From contig ONBD01000002.1 in assembly GCA_900315985.1 (NCBI GenBank), positions 520 to 64,519 on the forward strand: a stretch of 64,000 nt of DNA, given 5' to 3'. The position numbers and the translations under genes are program-made. Below the pieces are notes generated by a model that saw only the letters and a list, made by a program, of their open reading frames with translations, did not search any database and was not told the DNA's origin. The first letter of the stretch is position 1; the number at the start of each line of letters is the position of its first letter. This DNA is from an uncultured Eubacteriales bacterium (GTDB lineage: Bacteria > Bacillota > Clostridia > Oscillospirales > Acutalibacteraceae). This document shows positions 42,613 through 51,052 of the stretch, one piece after another.

Positions 42613-44883
42613 ATGAATTATACAGTCGGCAAAACAGCAAAAAAGGCAGTTGCTCTGACCCTTGCTTGCTTAATGCTTATACTTTCGCTTTGTTCATGCG
42701 GCAAGCCTGAGGGCACCGCTGCCATAAAAATAAAAGGACTTAATGAAAACGAGTCTGTTTACAGCGAAAGACAAAATCATGTTTCGGGTAATGACAATCT
42801 TGTCTATGTTGCAAAGTCGGGACTTCTTGAGCTTTATTTTGACAGCGTAACCTTCACCGTTGCGGTTAAGGACACAAGCACAGGCAAGTACTGGTATTCC
42901 CTGCCCGAAAGCTCTGACGCAGACGAAAACTGCAAGGCTTCGCTTTTAAGCCTTAAGCTTTCGAGGGACAATCAGATATATTATCTTAATTCGCAGGACA
43001 ATTCCGTTGCGTTTTCAACAGCAAGCTTCAAGCCTGTCAGCAACGGTATTCAGATTACCTACGATATGGCTCTCAATGCCGAAACGGCAAATATGAGCTT
43101 TGACTCAGTCAAAAAAGAGGAGCTTTATGCCTCTGTTACGGTTGTATTCACTCTTGCCGACGGTGCATTTTATGCAAAAATCAGCTGCGGCAATATGATG
43201 GTCAGCGAGGATTATAAGGTAGAGAGCATAGAGTTTATGAATTACTTCGGCGCAACAACCTCAGCCGCTGAAGATGATTACATTTTTGTACCCGATGCAA
43301 GCGGTGCGCTTATAAAAATCGGCTCAGCCGCACAGGACGAGTATGAAAGCAGAAACTATAAGATTTACGGCAATGATTTAAGCTTCCCGAATGCAGACGC
43401 TTCAGCTGACGGCAAGGTAAACTCTGCCGACGCACTTGTGCCTGTTTTCGGTATGAAATCCGGCTCAAATGCATATCTCGGCATAATTCTTGCAGGCGAC
43501 ACAATAGCAACCGTAACCTCACACAGATTTAAAGACAGCGGCTCATACAACAGAGTGGGCGCAAGCTTTACAATTACAGACACCTATTACACAGGCAATC
43601 CCGAGGACTCAAAGCGCACCAAGTATTCAGGCGAAAGCTACGGCGGCGAAATTGACATCTGTTACCGCTTCCTCTCAAACAAAAATACGGGTTACATAGG
43701 GCTTGCTACTGCCTGCCGTGAGGTGCTTATCCGAGAGGGTGTGCTTTCAAGCGAAACGCTTGAGCCGTCAGAGCATATTCCGTTTATGCTTACCGTTCAG
43801 GGCGCAGTTACAAAGAACAGCCCTCATTCATATACAAAGCTTTCAACCTATGAGCAGACGCAGGATTTGCTTGAGCTGTTAAAGGCAAAAAGCGTAAACG
43901 ATATTACGCTTCGTTATAAGGGCGTGCTTAAGGGTGCTGACAATCAGGACGCACTTGAGGAGGCTTCGCCGATAAAGGGTCTTGGCAGTAAAAAGGATTT
44001 TGAAGCTTTAAGGCAGTATATTCTTACTCAGAAATACGATATGTATCTTGATATGAGCCTGCTCTCGTTCAACAAAAAGAGCGCATCCGTATCAAAGGCG
44101 GCAGCTAAGGATATAAAGACAGACAGTATCGCTTACACAAGAGCAAATCCGTACAGCGCATTTTCGGGCAAGGCGGATACAACCTCATACCTTACCGCAT
44201 ATTCAAGAGTTGAGGACAGCGTTATATCGTTCTTAAGCAGTACAAGGAATTATCCGTTTGACGGCTACTGCGTAAATGATGCAGGCAAAATCCTTTATTC
44301 TGATTATTCCGACGAGGTGCACAGCAGAAGCAATGCAGTGAATATTCTCACCTCACAGCTTGCCGTGCTTTCAAACAACCACAAGGTTATGGTGGACACG
44401 GGCAATTTCTACCTGCTTCGTGCTGCTGACACGGTTGTCGACATACCGAGAAATACGGCATATCCCGAAGCGGAATGTTATGTTCAGATACCGTTTATTG
44501 AAATTGTACTGCACTCTATTGTGGATTATTCACTGGAGCCTGTAAATCTTGCAGAAGATACGCAGAAGGCATTTCTTAAATCGGTTGAATACGGCGCAAT
44601 GCCGAGCTATGAATGGTTCTGCACAAGCGTTGAGGACAACGAAGTAAATGCAAAATATTATTACTCTGACCAGCTTACTCAGGCGGCAGACAACTATATG
44701 ACGGCTGATGCGGCTCTGGGTACGCTTTCCTCTGCGAGAATTACAAATCACTATGAGGTACAGCCGGGGGTATTCTGTACGGAGTACAATAACAGCATAC
44801 TTCTCTATTTTAACTACACCTCGGAAACAGCTACGGTAAATTCAATTTCAATCAAGCCTATGAGCTGTATAAGAGCAAACTGA
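42613..44883 (+). CDS. Large secreted lipoprotein of unknown function (possibly DUF5696-like)
   Basis: 756 aa. Signal peptide ending LSLCSCGK (lipobox-like). SD GAGGTG. No catalytic motif recognised. Confidence 0.7.
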   Translation: MNYTVGKTAKKAVALTLACLMLILSLCSCGKPEGTAAIKIKGLNENESVYSERQNHVSGNDNLVYVAKSGLLELYFDSVTFTVAVKDTSTGKYWYSLPESSDADENCKASLLSLKLSRDNQIYYLNSQDNSVAFSTASFKPVSNGIQITYDMALNAETANMSFDSVKKEELYASVTVVFTLADGAFYAKISCGNMMVSEDYKVESIEFMNYFGATTSAAEDDYIFVPDASGALIKIGSAAQDEYESRNYKIYGNDLSFPNADASADGKVNSADALVPVFGMKSGSNAYLGIILAGDTIATVTSHRFKDSGSYNRVGASFTITDTYYTGNPEDSKRTKYSGESYGGEIDICYRFLSNKNTGYIGLATACREVLIREGVLSSETLEPSEHIPFMLTVQGAVTKNSPHSYTKLSTYEQTQDLLELLKAKSVNDITLRYKGVLKGADNQDALEEASPIKGLGSKKDFEALRQYILTQKYDMYLDMSLLSFNKKSASVSKAAAKDIKTDSIAYTRANPYSAFSGKADTTSYLTAYSRVEDSVISFLSSTRNYPFDGYCVNDAGKILYSDYSDEVHSRSNAVNILTSQLAVLSNNHKVMVDTGNFYLLRAADTVVDIPRNTAYPEAECYVQIPFIEIVLHSIVDYSLEPVNLAEDTQKAFLKSVEYGAMPSYEWFCTSVEDNEVNAKYYYSDQLTQAADNYMTADAALGTLSSARITNHYEVQPGVFCTEYNNSILLYFNYTSETATVNSISIKPMSCIRAN

Positions 44884-44904
44884 TTTAATTATATTTATAA
44901 CAGC

Positions 44905-44941
44905 AAAACCGCAGCAGCGTTTAACGCTGCTGCGGTTTTTA
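44905..44941. terminator. Bidirectional terminator between convergent genes
   Basis: AAAACCGCAGCAGCGT-TTA-ACGCTGCTGCGGTTTTT. Confidence 0.85.
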
Positions 44942-44966
44942 ATATGAGGAGGTCAGAAAATGAAAA

Positions 44967-47576
44967 TCATTTTAAAACATCAACATTTGCAGATGGTATA
45001 TAACTGCAAGAAATAACATTGTCCTCGTAGATTATGAACGCATATCTGCCGTCATCCTTGTAACTGCAGAAGAACGGAACTGATTTGTCGGCTATTGCCT
45101 GAGCCTTTTCTGCATTTTCCGCTTTAATCAGAGGATGCTTTGCTTCGTCATAAACCTTGTTGAGCATTTCGGTTAAAACAAGTGTTTTTGCTGAACTTTC
45201 ACCGTATGCATAACCGAAATAATCGTTATACAGAAGGGCGTTAAGTTCATTTGAACCGGTAAACGATTCTGTAACAATATTGCCCTCGTTGAATACATTG
45301 CCCCAGAAATCATAGTCCTTGTTCACCTTTGAAAGCTCATACATTACAGTGTTCATAACTTTACTGCAGGAAAGCTTTGAGTCGGTGTAGTAAACTTCCT
45401 TTACCTTCGCTGCGTGAGTACTTACATCAAAGCCGTGTTCTTTGAGCAAGGCAACGGTTTCGCTCATATTGTCATATATGAAGAAGCAGCCGTTATAAAC
45501 TGCAGGGTAGGAGGCACGGACTTTTGTTTCAGATACAAAGTTTTCGTTGTGGTATCTCTTGTATTCGTCCTCGCTCATTGTTGTGTAGTAACCGTAATCG
45601 TTATAGACTACATACTTTCCGTCTGCATAGTGTGCCTCTTCGTCAGCAATATAGAGAACGCCGACGGGGCGTTTTGTGTTCATATATCTCTCGTCAAAGC
45701 TCATTTTTGTAAGGTCGTTGTAAAGAGCCTTCATAAGAGCGTCATTGTCATCAAATATAGGTGTGTTGTTACCTGATATTCCGCCTTCATCAGTTACGGT
45801 TATTGCATTGTCAACAATGCAGTCTGACGAGGCGTAGCGCCATTGAGCTGCCTTAAGCATTCCCTTTGAATATCTGTCGCCGTCGCTGTAATAAACTCTT
45901 CCGCCGAAGCCGTCGTCGTAATAGTACATATCTCCGTTTTCGTCAGTTTCCGAGTATGCTTCGGGTTCTTCAAGCATAAGGTATTTCATATTGCTCTTAT
46001 AGTAATTTGTGCTGAAAACGCTTCTCATATATTCTTCAAAAAGAGCAGAGTCAAATACTTCGAACTTTCTCATCATAACCGATTTATCTTTTAAGACAAA
46101 TTTAAAGGTAACAGTAGAGGAGTCTTTGCCGTCAACGGTTTTTGATGCGCTTATTTTCTTGAACTGGTCTATTGCAAATTCAATATCGCTTTCATCACTG
46201 CTTAAATAGGCTTTGTTGCTTAAAACATGCGTAGCAAAATTGCTTTGCGGGTCATATACATCAAAAGCAACCTCTTTGACCTCTGCCTTTACGGGAGCTT
46301 TGTTATATTTGCCGAATTCACCGCTTGCAAAGAAGCCGACTGCAAAAAGTGTCAGCACAAGCAGTCCTGCAAATACAGGCCACATCCTTACAGTGCTTTT
46401 GATTTTTCTTCTCACTATAAGCTCAACAACAAAGAAAACTATTGTCAGCACAACAAGCGCTATAAGCAGGCATATTGCTGCTTTGTGAAATAACGGGTTT
46501 TCCTTGTTATGGGCAAAGCTTAAATACCGGTCCCCGTAAAGCATGCCGCAAATTTCAAGCATTATTGCCGAGGCACCCAGATAAGCCGTTGTACCGAGAA
46601 CTGCCGAGGAAATGTAGAATTTGCCGAAGGAGTTGGAATTTTCAGCCTTGCGCTTGTTTATAAGCAGATAGCCGAGCGCAATCAGAACTGCCGAAATTAT
46701 TACCCATATAATTATCGGGAGCATAAGACCCATATCAAGCATTTTGTTTTCGGGAACTGTTTTTTCAAGCTTGTCAGCCATATCAAAGTAAGGCGAGGAG
46801 AGGAAAAGCTCGCTCATATTGCTTGAAGTACCCGTAACATTTGAAACATCAAGGTCAACAGCGAATCTCCACGGAGAAAAGGCTCTTCCTTTGGTGAGCT
46901 CAACAAGATAATTTGCTCCGCCGTAAATACCGGTATAACCCTTGAGCAAATATTCCTTTATATTTCTGCTTATCATTGAAATAATTGAAGGTGCTAATGA
47001 GATGGCTGCCGTATTTAACGCCATTTCAGCTATTGAGCCTGAAAATGCAGAAGCAACCGTTGCAATTGCGAAGCCTGCAAGTCCGCTTACAAACAGAAGG
47101 CTGCTTTCATAGAGGAATACCTCAAAAAGATGTGCGCTCGCACCGAAGGAAGCAAGGTTTATAAGCAGTACAGTTATCATAGGAATCATAACAGCCAGCA
47201 ACAGCGCAAGCACACCTGCTGTAATTCTGTTGAAATAAAGTCTTGTTCTTGTAATGCCCATGCTGAAATAAACATTTACGCTCTTTTTTGTCAGCATAAA
47301 ACGGAAAAGCATAAATGCCATAATTATTCCGCACAGTACCATTCCGAATAATATAAGGGTGGGGTCTAAAAAGCCACCGTTACCGAAATACGAAATCGTC
47401 TTAGCGGAAGCCTTAGCCATTTTAAACTCGGGGGAGGCAACAAGCTTAACAACCTCGACTATGTGCTGAATCGAAAGTACAATAACTGCTATAACTGCAT
47501 ACGGTATAACCTTAATAAAGCTTCTGACTAAATCCTTTGAATCGGTTTTATCATTCAAATATCTTAGTGATGTCAT
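44967..47576 (-). CDS. 869-aa ABC-2-type permease-like membrane protein with a large extracytoplasmic C-terminal domain
   Basis: The N-terminal approx 420 aa contain multiple TM helices; the C-terminal approx 450 aa are hydrophilic and Y/D/N-rich. SD GGAGGA. Overlaps the ATPase gene by 26 nt. Confidence 0.7.
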   Translation of the reverse strand: MTSLRYLNDKTDSKDLVRSFIKVIPYAVIAVIVLSIQHIVEVVKLVASPEFKMAKASAKTISYFGNGGFLDPTLILFGMVLCGIIMAFMLFRFMLTKKSVNVYFSMGITRTRLYFNRITAGVLALLLAVMIPMITVLLINLASFGASAHLFEVFLYESSLLFVSGLAGFAIATVASAFSGSIAEMALNTAAISLAPSIISMISRNIKEYLLKGYTGIYGGANYLVELTKGRAFSPWRFAVDLDVSNVTGTSSNMSELFLSSPYFDMADKLEKTVPENKMLDMGLMLPIIIWVIISAVLIALGYLLINKRKAENSNSFGKFYISSAVLGTTAYLGASAIMLEICGMLYGDRYLSFAHNKENPLFHKAAICLLIALVVLTIVFFVVELIVRRKIKSTVRMWPVFAGLLVLTLFAVGFFASGEFGKYNKAPVKAEVKEVAFDVYDPQSNFATHVLSNKAYLSSDESDIEFAIDQFKKISASKTVDGKDSSTVTFKFVLKDKSVMMRKFEVFDSALFEEYMRSVFSTNYYKSNMKYLMLEEPEAYSETDENGDMYYYDDGFGGRVYYSDGDRYSKGMLKAAQWRYASSDCIVDNAITVTDEGGISGNNTPIFDDNDALMKALYNDLTKMSFDERYMNTKRPVGVLYIADEEAHYADGKYVVYNDYGYYTTMSEDEYKRYHNENFVSETKVRASYPAVYNGCFFIYDNMSETVALLKEHGFDVSTHAAKVKEVYYTDSKLSCSKVMNTVMYELSKVNKDYDFWGNVFNEGNIVTESFTGSNELNALLYNDYFGYAYGESSAKTLVLTEMLNKVYDEAKHPLIKAENAEKAQAIADKSVPFFCSYKDDGRYAFIIYEDNVISCSYIPSANVDVLK

Positions 47577-48450
47577 ACTTTTTGTCCTCCATTTCGTTTA
47601 AGAATACCTCTTCCATAGTAAGCTGATATTCGTCAATAGCTACGGGAAGAAGCGCATTGAGCTTTTCTTTTTCTTCCTTTGAATTGCCCTCGAAAATAAT
47701 CATTGCAATCTTGCCGTCAATGTCGAGCGATTTGTAATTTATGTTCCTGAAATCGTTTTCACTGACATCACGGTTAAATATAAGACGAAGCTTTGAGTAA
47801 TTCTGCGAAATATCGTCAACCGAGCAGTCCATGGTAAGGTGCTTGCCGTTTATAAGACCGACATGGTCGCACAGGTTTGAAAGCTCCGAAAGGTTGTGTG
47901 ATGAAATGACAAGCGAAGCTTCGTTTTCTGCTATATATTCCATAAACAGCTTCTTTGTAATTTCTTTTTTCTGCGGGTCAAGTCCGTCAAAGGTTTCGTC
48001 AAGCAAAAGGTATTTCGGCTTTGTCGCAAGTCCTAAAATAATTTCGGACTGTCTTTGCATACCCTTTGAGAAGCCTCTTATTTTAGCCTTTTTGTCAAGC
48101 CCGAAAACCTCGGTAAGATTTTCAAAGGTCTTGTAGCTGAAATTCGGGTAGTAGTCAGCGTAAAATTTTGCCATAGACTTAAGACTTGCATTCATAGGGA
48201 AGTACAGGTCGTCGGGTATATAAAACAAATCCTTTCTGATGTCGTCGTTGTCAAAGGTATATTGACCGCCCATTAAAACATCGCCTCCGTCAGCTTCGTA
48301 AATGCCTGCTGCGGTTTTTAAAAGCGTTGTTTTACCTGCGCCGTTGTAGCCTATAAGACCGTAAATTGACGAAGGCTCAACTGTAAATGAAATGTTTTCA
48401 ACAGCGACAAAATCATCGAATTTTTTTGTGACATTCTTAAACTCAATCAT
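47551..48450 (-). CDS. ABC transporter ATP-binding protein
   Basis: Walker A GYNGAGKTT, signature FSKGMQRQ, Walker B LLLDETFDGLD. ATG 48450 follows SD AAAGGAG and overlaps the GntR stop. Confidence 0.9.
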   Translation of the reverse strand: MIEFKNVTKKFDDFVAVENISFTVEPSSIYGLIGYNGAGKTTLLKTAAGIYEADGGDVLMGGQYTFDNDDIRKDLFYIPDDLYFPMNASLKSMAKFYADYYPNFSYKTFENLTEVFGLDKKAKIRGFSKGMQRQSEIILGLATKPKYLLLDETFDGLDPQKKEITKKLFMEYIAENEASLVISSHNLSELSNLCDHVGLINGKHLTMDCSVDDISQNYSKLRLIFNRDVSENDFRNINYKSLDIDGKIAMIIFEGNSKEEKEKLNALLPVAIDEYQLTMEEVFLNEMEDKKYDITKIFE

Positions 48451-48820
48451 TTCCGTCATCTCCTTTGTAAATTTCTTCAATAATTTTAATAAGCTCGTCT
48501 TTTTCTGCGCCCATAGCCTTTGCGTTTATAACAGACGCTTTGAGTGCATTTAAAGAATTGTCAAGATAAGCTCTTGTGTGAGTTGTGCCGCTAATAAATA
48601 TCCCCTTACCTGCAACAGAGTAGGTAATTCCCTGATCTTCAAGCTCTGAAAAAGCCCTTTTAATAGTGTTAATATTGATTGAGAGCTCGCTTGAGAGTGT
48701 GCGAAGCGAGGGGAGTTGCTCATCCTTTTTAAGTTCGCCTCTGCTGACTGCTAAAATGATTTCATCTTTAATCTGCTCATAAATAGGCGTTCTTGAATGA
48801 TAATCAATTATAATGTTCAC
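48443..48820 (-). CDS. GntR-family (YtrA-subfamily) transcriptional regulator
   Basis: 125 aa; PIYEQIKDEIILAVSRGELKKDEQLPSLRTLSSELSININTIKRAFSELE. GTG 48820 is 5 nt after SD GGAGGTG. Confidence 0.85.
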   Translation of the reverse strand: MNIIIDYHSRTPIYEQIKDEIILAVSRGELKKDEQLPSLRTLSSELSININTIKRAFSELEDQGITYSVAGKGIFISGTTHTRAYLDNSLNALKASVINAKAMGAEKDELIKIIEEIYKGDDGND

Positions 48821-48870
48821 GGCTTCACCTCCGTTTCTTTTTGGCACAGCCACAGCTTTTGGGGGAAGCC

Positions 48871-48957
48871 GTAACTGTGCTAAGTGTACTAATTGTAACA
48901 ACTGTGCTATCACAATTAGCACAGTTACATAATACACCCGACTTCTCACTCTGTCAA
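48871..48957 (-). promoter_or_regulatory. Promoter and repeated operator of the GntR-ABC operon
   Basis: Minus strand: TTGACA (48957-48952), 17 nt, TATTAT (48934-48929), immediately followed by GTAACTGTGCTA (48928-48917), its partner TAGCACAGTT (48909-48900) and a third copy, TAGCACAGTTAC (48882-48871). Confidence 0.65.
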
Positions 48958-49050
48958 TACTTTTTTAAGAAAAATTTGGCAAAGCCGTGAATGTGTATAA
49001 TTTACACCCGAATTTCCAAGAACAGATAAACCAAAAGTAAAGAACAGGTA

Positions 49051-49089
49051 AAATTAAAAACACACCGCAGAGTAATTTCTGCGGTGTGT
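49051..49089 (-). terminator. Intrinsic terminator after manA
   Basis: Minus strand: ACACACCGCAGA-loop-TCTGCGGTGTGT followed by TTTTTAATTT. Confidence 0.8.
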
Positions 49090-49105
49090 AGCATTTCAAT
49101 TCTTA

Positions 49106-50065
49106 TTATACAGTTGTTTTTATAATATCAAGCTTACCGTTTATAAGGATTTCGCCTGTGCCTGCGCTTACAAATACGCTGTCGCCCTTTTTAAGAATGA
49201 GGCTTTCGTCTTTGCTTTTAATTTCGCCCTGACCGTCGGTTACTACTATTGAAGCAAATGATTTTTTATCGCACTCAAACGAAAACTCTTTGCTTACAGA
49301 AACTCTTTCGACCTTAAACAGCTCACAGCTTACAAGCTGCTGTGCCTTTGCGCCGCCGAGGTCAATTTCTTTTCCCGTAGGCTTGGTGTCATATTTCGGC
49401 TTTTCGCACTTGGTAACTGCAATGGCTTTTTCTGTGTGCAGCGGTCTTGTGTTGCCGTCTTTGTCACGCCTGCCGTAGTCATAAACTCTGTAAGTGGTAT
49501 TCGAATTCTGCTGAATTTCGCAAATGAGAATTCCCTTGCCTATGGCGTGCAGAGTGCCTGCTTCAATAAAGAAGAAATCGCCCTTATGCACCTTGACCTT
49601 GTTGACAACATCAAGAAAAGTATTATTTTCAACTCTTTCCCTGAATTCCTCTGAAGAAATCTCTTTTTTGAAGCCGTATATAAGCTCTGCGCCCTCCTCA
49701 CAGTCAAGCACATACCAACATTCCGTTTTGCCGTATTCGCCCTCAACACGCAAAGCGTAATCATTGTCAGGGTGAACCTGCACCGAGAGGTTGTCTTTTG
49801 CGTCTATAAATTTAATAAGAATAGGGAAGAAGTCAAATTTTTTGCCGTTTTCGCCTAAAATATCTCTGCCTTCGCAAGCTATAACCTCTGACAGCGTTTT
49901 ACCTGTGTGTTTGCCGTTTTCTATTATGTTTTCGCCGTCTTTATGGCAGGAGAGCATCCAGCCCTCAGCAACCTTTGAAAGCTCTGTGTCAAATTTGAAA
50001 TCGGTTTTAAGTCTTGTGCCGCCCCAGATGTAATCCTTAAAGGCAGGCTTGAGTTTTAAAAGCAT
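49106..50065 (-). CDS. manA: Class I mannose-6-phosphate isomerase
   Basis: LKPAFKDYIWGG, LSVQVHPDN, and the cupin core ECWYVL...HAIGKGILICEIQQNS. ATG 50065 follows SD GGGGAGA. Confidence 0.85.
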   Translation of the reverse strand: MLLKLKPAFKDYIWGGTRLKTDFKFDTELSKVAEGWMLSCHKDGENIIENGKHTGKTLSEVIACEGRDILGENGKKFDFFPILIKFIDAKDNLSVQVHPDNDYALRVEGEYGKTECWYVLDCEEGAELIYGFKKEISSEEFRERVENNTFLDVVNKVKVHKGDFFFIEAGTLHAIGKGILICEIQQNSNTTYRVYDYGRRDKDGNTRPLHTEKAIAVTKCEKPKYDTKPTGKEIDLGGAKAQQLVSCELFKVERVSVSKEFSFECDKKSFASIVVTDGQGEIKSKDESLILKKGDSVFVSAGTGEILINGKLDIIKTTV

Positions 50066-50066
50066 A

Positions 50067-50606
50067 TTATTTCTCCCCGTCATTCGTTTTATTTGCTTTT
50101 TTCTTATTGACAACAAAGATTATAAGCAAAACAATTATTACAATAAATACTGCATACATAAGCAATGTCTTTGCAGTTGTAGCGCATCTTGCAAGTGTTG
50201 CAATTTCCTGTGAAAAGTCTGCGTTTTTAAGCATAATTATACTGCATATGTTTTCGGTGTAATCAAAAACAGCCAATACAACGGGCAGACAGACAAGCCA
50301 TTTTCTTTTTGTCATTTTCAGTATGCAAAGGCTGAAGAATACGCAGTAGGCTATGGGGTAAACAAAATCAAGAGGAAGCTGCCTGTTAAGATAAATGCCA
50401 AGCGACTCTGAAGACAGCGAGCCGACAAAAGTTTTTGCTTCTTCATATGAATAGCCTAAAACGCTCATATCAAAGCACTTCATACCGTCTGCCGATGCTT
50501 CAATATGCGGTATTAAATATAAATTCATAACTGCGCATATCACGGCAGTAATTATTCCGAAAACAATGAGCAGAACGGTATCTGCTTTGATTTTTCTTGC
50601 CGCCAT
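50067..50606 (-). CDS. 179-aa membrane protein of unknown function
   Basis: Four or five hydrophobic segments. SD GGGGGA, 6 nt before the ATG. 1 nt from the manA start. Confidence 0.6.
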   Translation of the reverse strand: MAARKIKADTVLLIVFGIITAVICAVMNLYLIPHIEASADGMKCFDMSVLGYSYEEAKTFVGSLSSESLGIYLNRQLPLDFVYPIAYCVFFSLCILKMTKRKWLVCLPVVLAVFDYTENICSIIMLKNADFSQEIATLARCATTAKTLLMYAVFIVIIVLLIIFVVNKKKANKTNDGEK

Positions 50607-50627
50607 ATCAATTCCCCCAAATAAAAA

Positions 50628-50728
50628 ATACGCTAAAGCTATTTTATCACTTTAGCGTATTTTTGCAAGACATTTGTTGAATATAAATAATCAAAGTCAA
50701 GTTAAAAGCCCACGCAAAGCGTGGGCTT
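50628..50728 (-). promoter_or_regulatory. Two terminator-like hairpins in the 5' leader of the membrane-protein/manA unit
   Basis: Minus strand: AAGCCCACGC-TTT-GCGTGGGCTT+TT (50728-50706), and ATACGCTAAAG-loop-CTTTAGCGTAT+TTTTTTATTT (50660-50628). There is no upstream co-directional gene. Confidence 0.4.
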
Positions 50729-51052
50729 AACAAGGAGGTTTCGGCAGTCTGTTATAGGGGAGTAACAAACCGCAACAAAATGTGTGAAAAAGAAATTATA
50801 ATTTAAAACACTTGGTTAGCCTTGGCTAACTGAAACTATAATAGCATATAATTCATAGTTTGTAAATAGGAATTTTAAAATTTTTAAAAAATTTTCTTTT
50901 TTGGTTTTTAATACAAAAAATCGCATAAATATTTGTTAAGTGTTACGCTTTAATTCCAAATAAAACTGTGATAAAATAAACTTGGTATATTTTAAGACCT
51001 TTCGGTCTGAATATCTGTAAAATTTCCGAAATTCAAAAAAGGAGAGATTGTT

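Noticed and set aside
50745-50779. Calling the GGTTTGTTACT... element a bona fide RAT antiterminator target
   Set aside because: Only the 5' half resembles the RAT consensus, the 3' half is interrupted, it does not overlap the terminator stem as canonical RATs do, and no PRD antiterminator gene is in the window. It is kept only as a hypothesis inside the leader finding.
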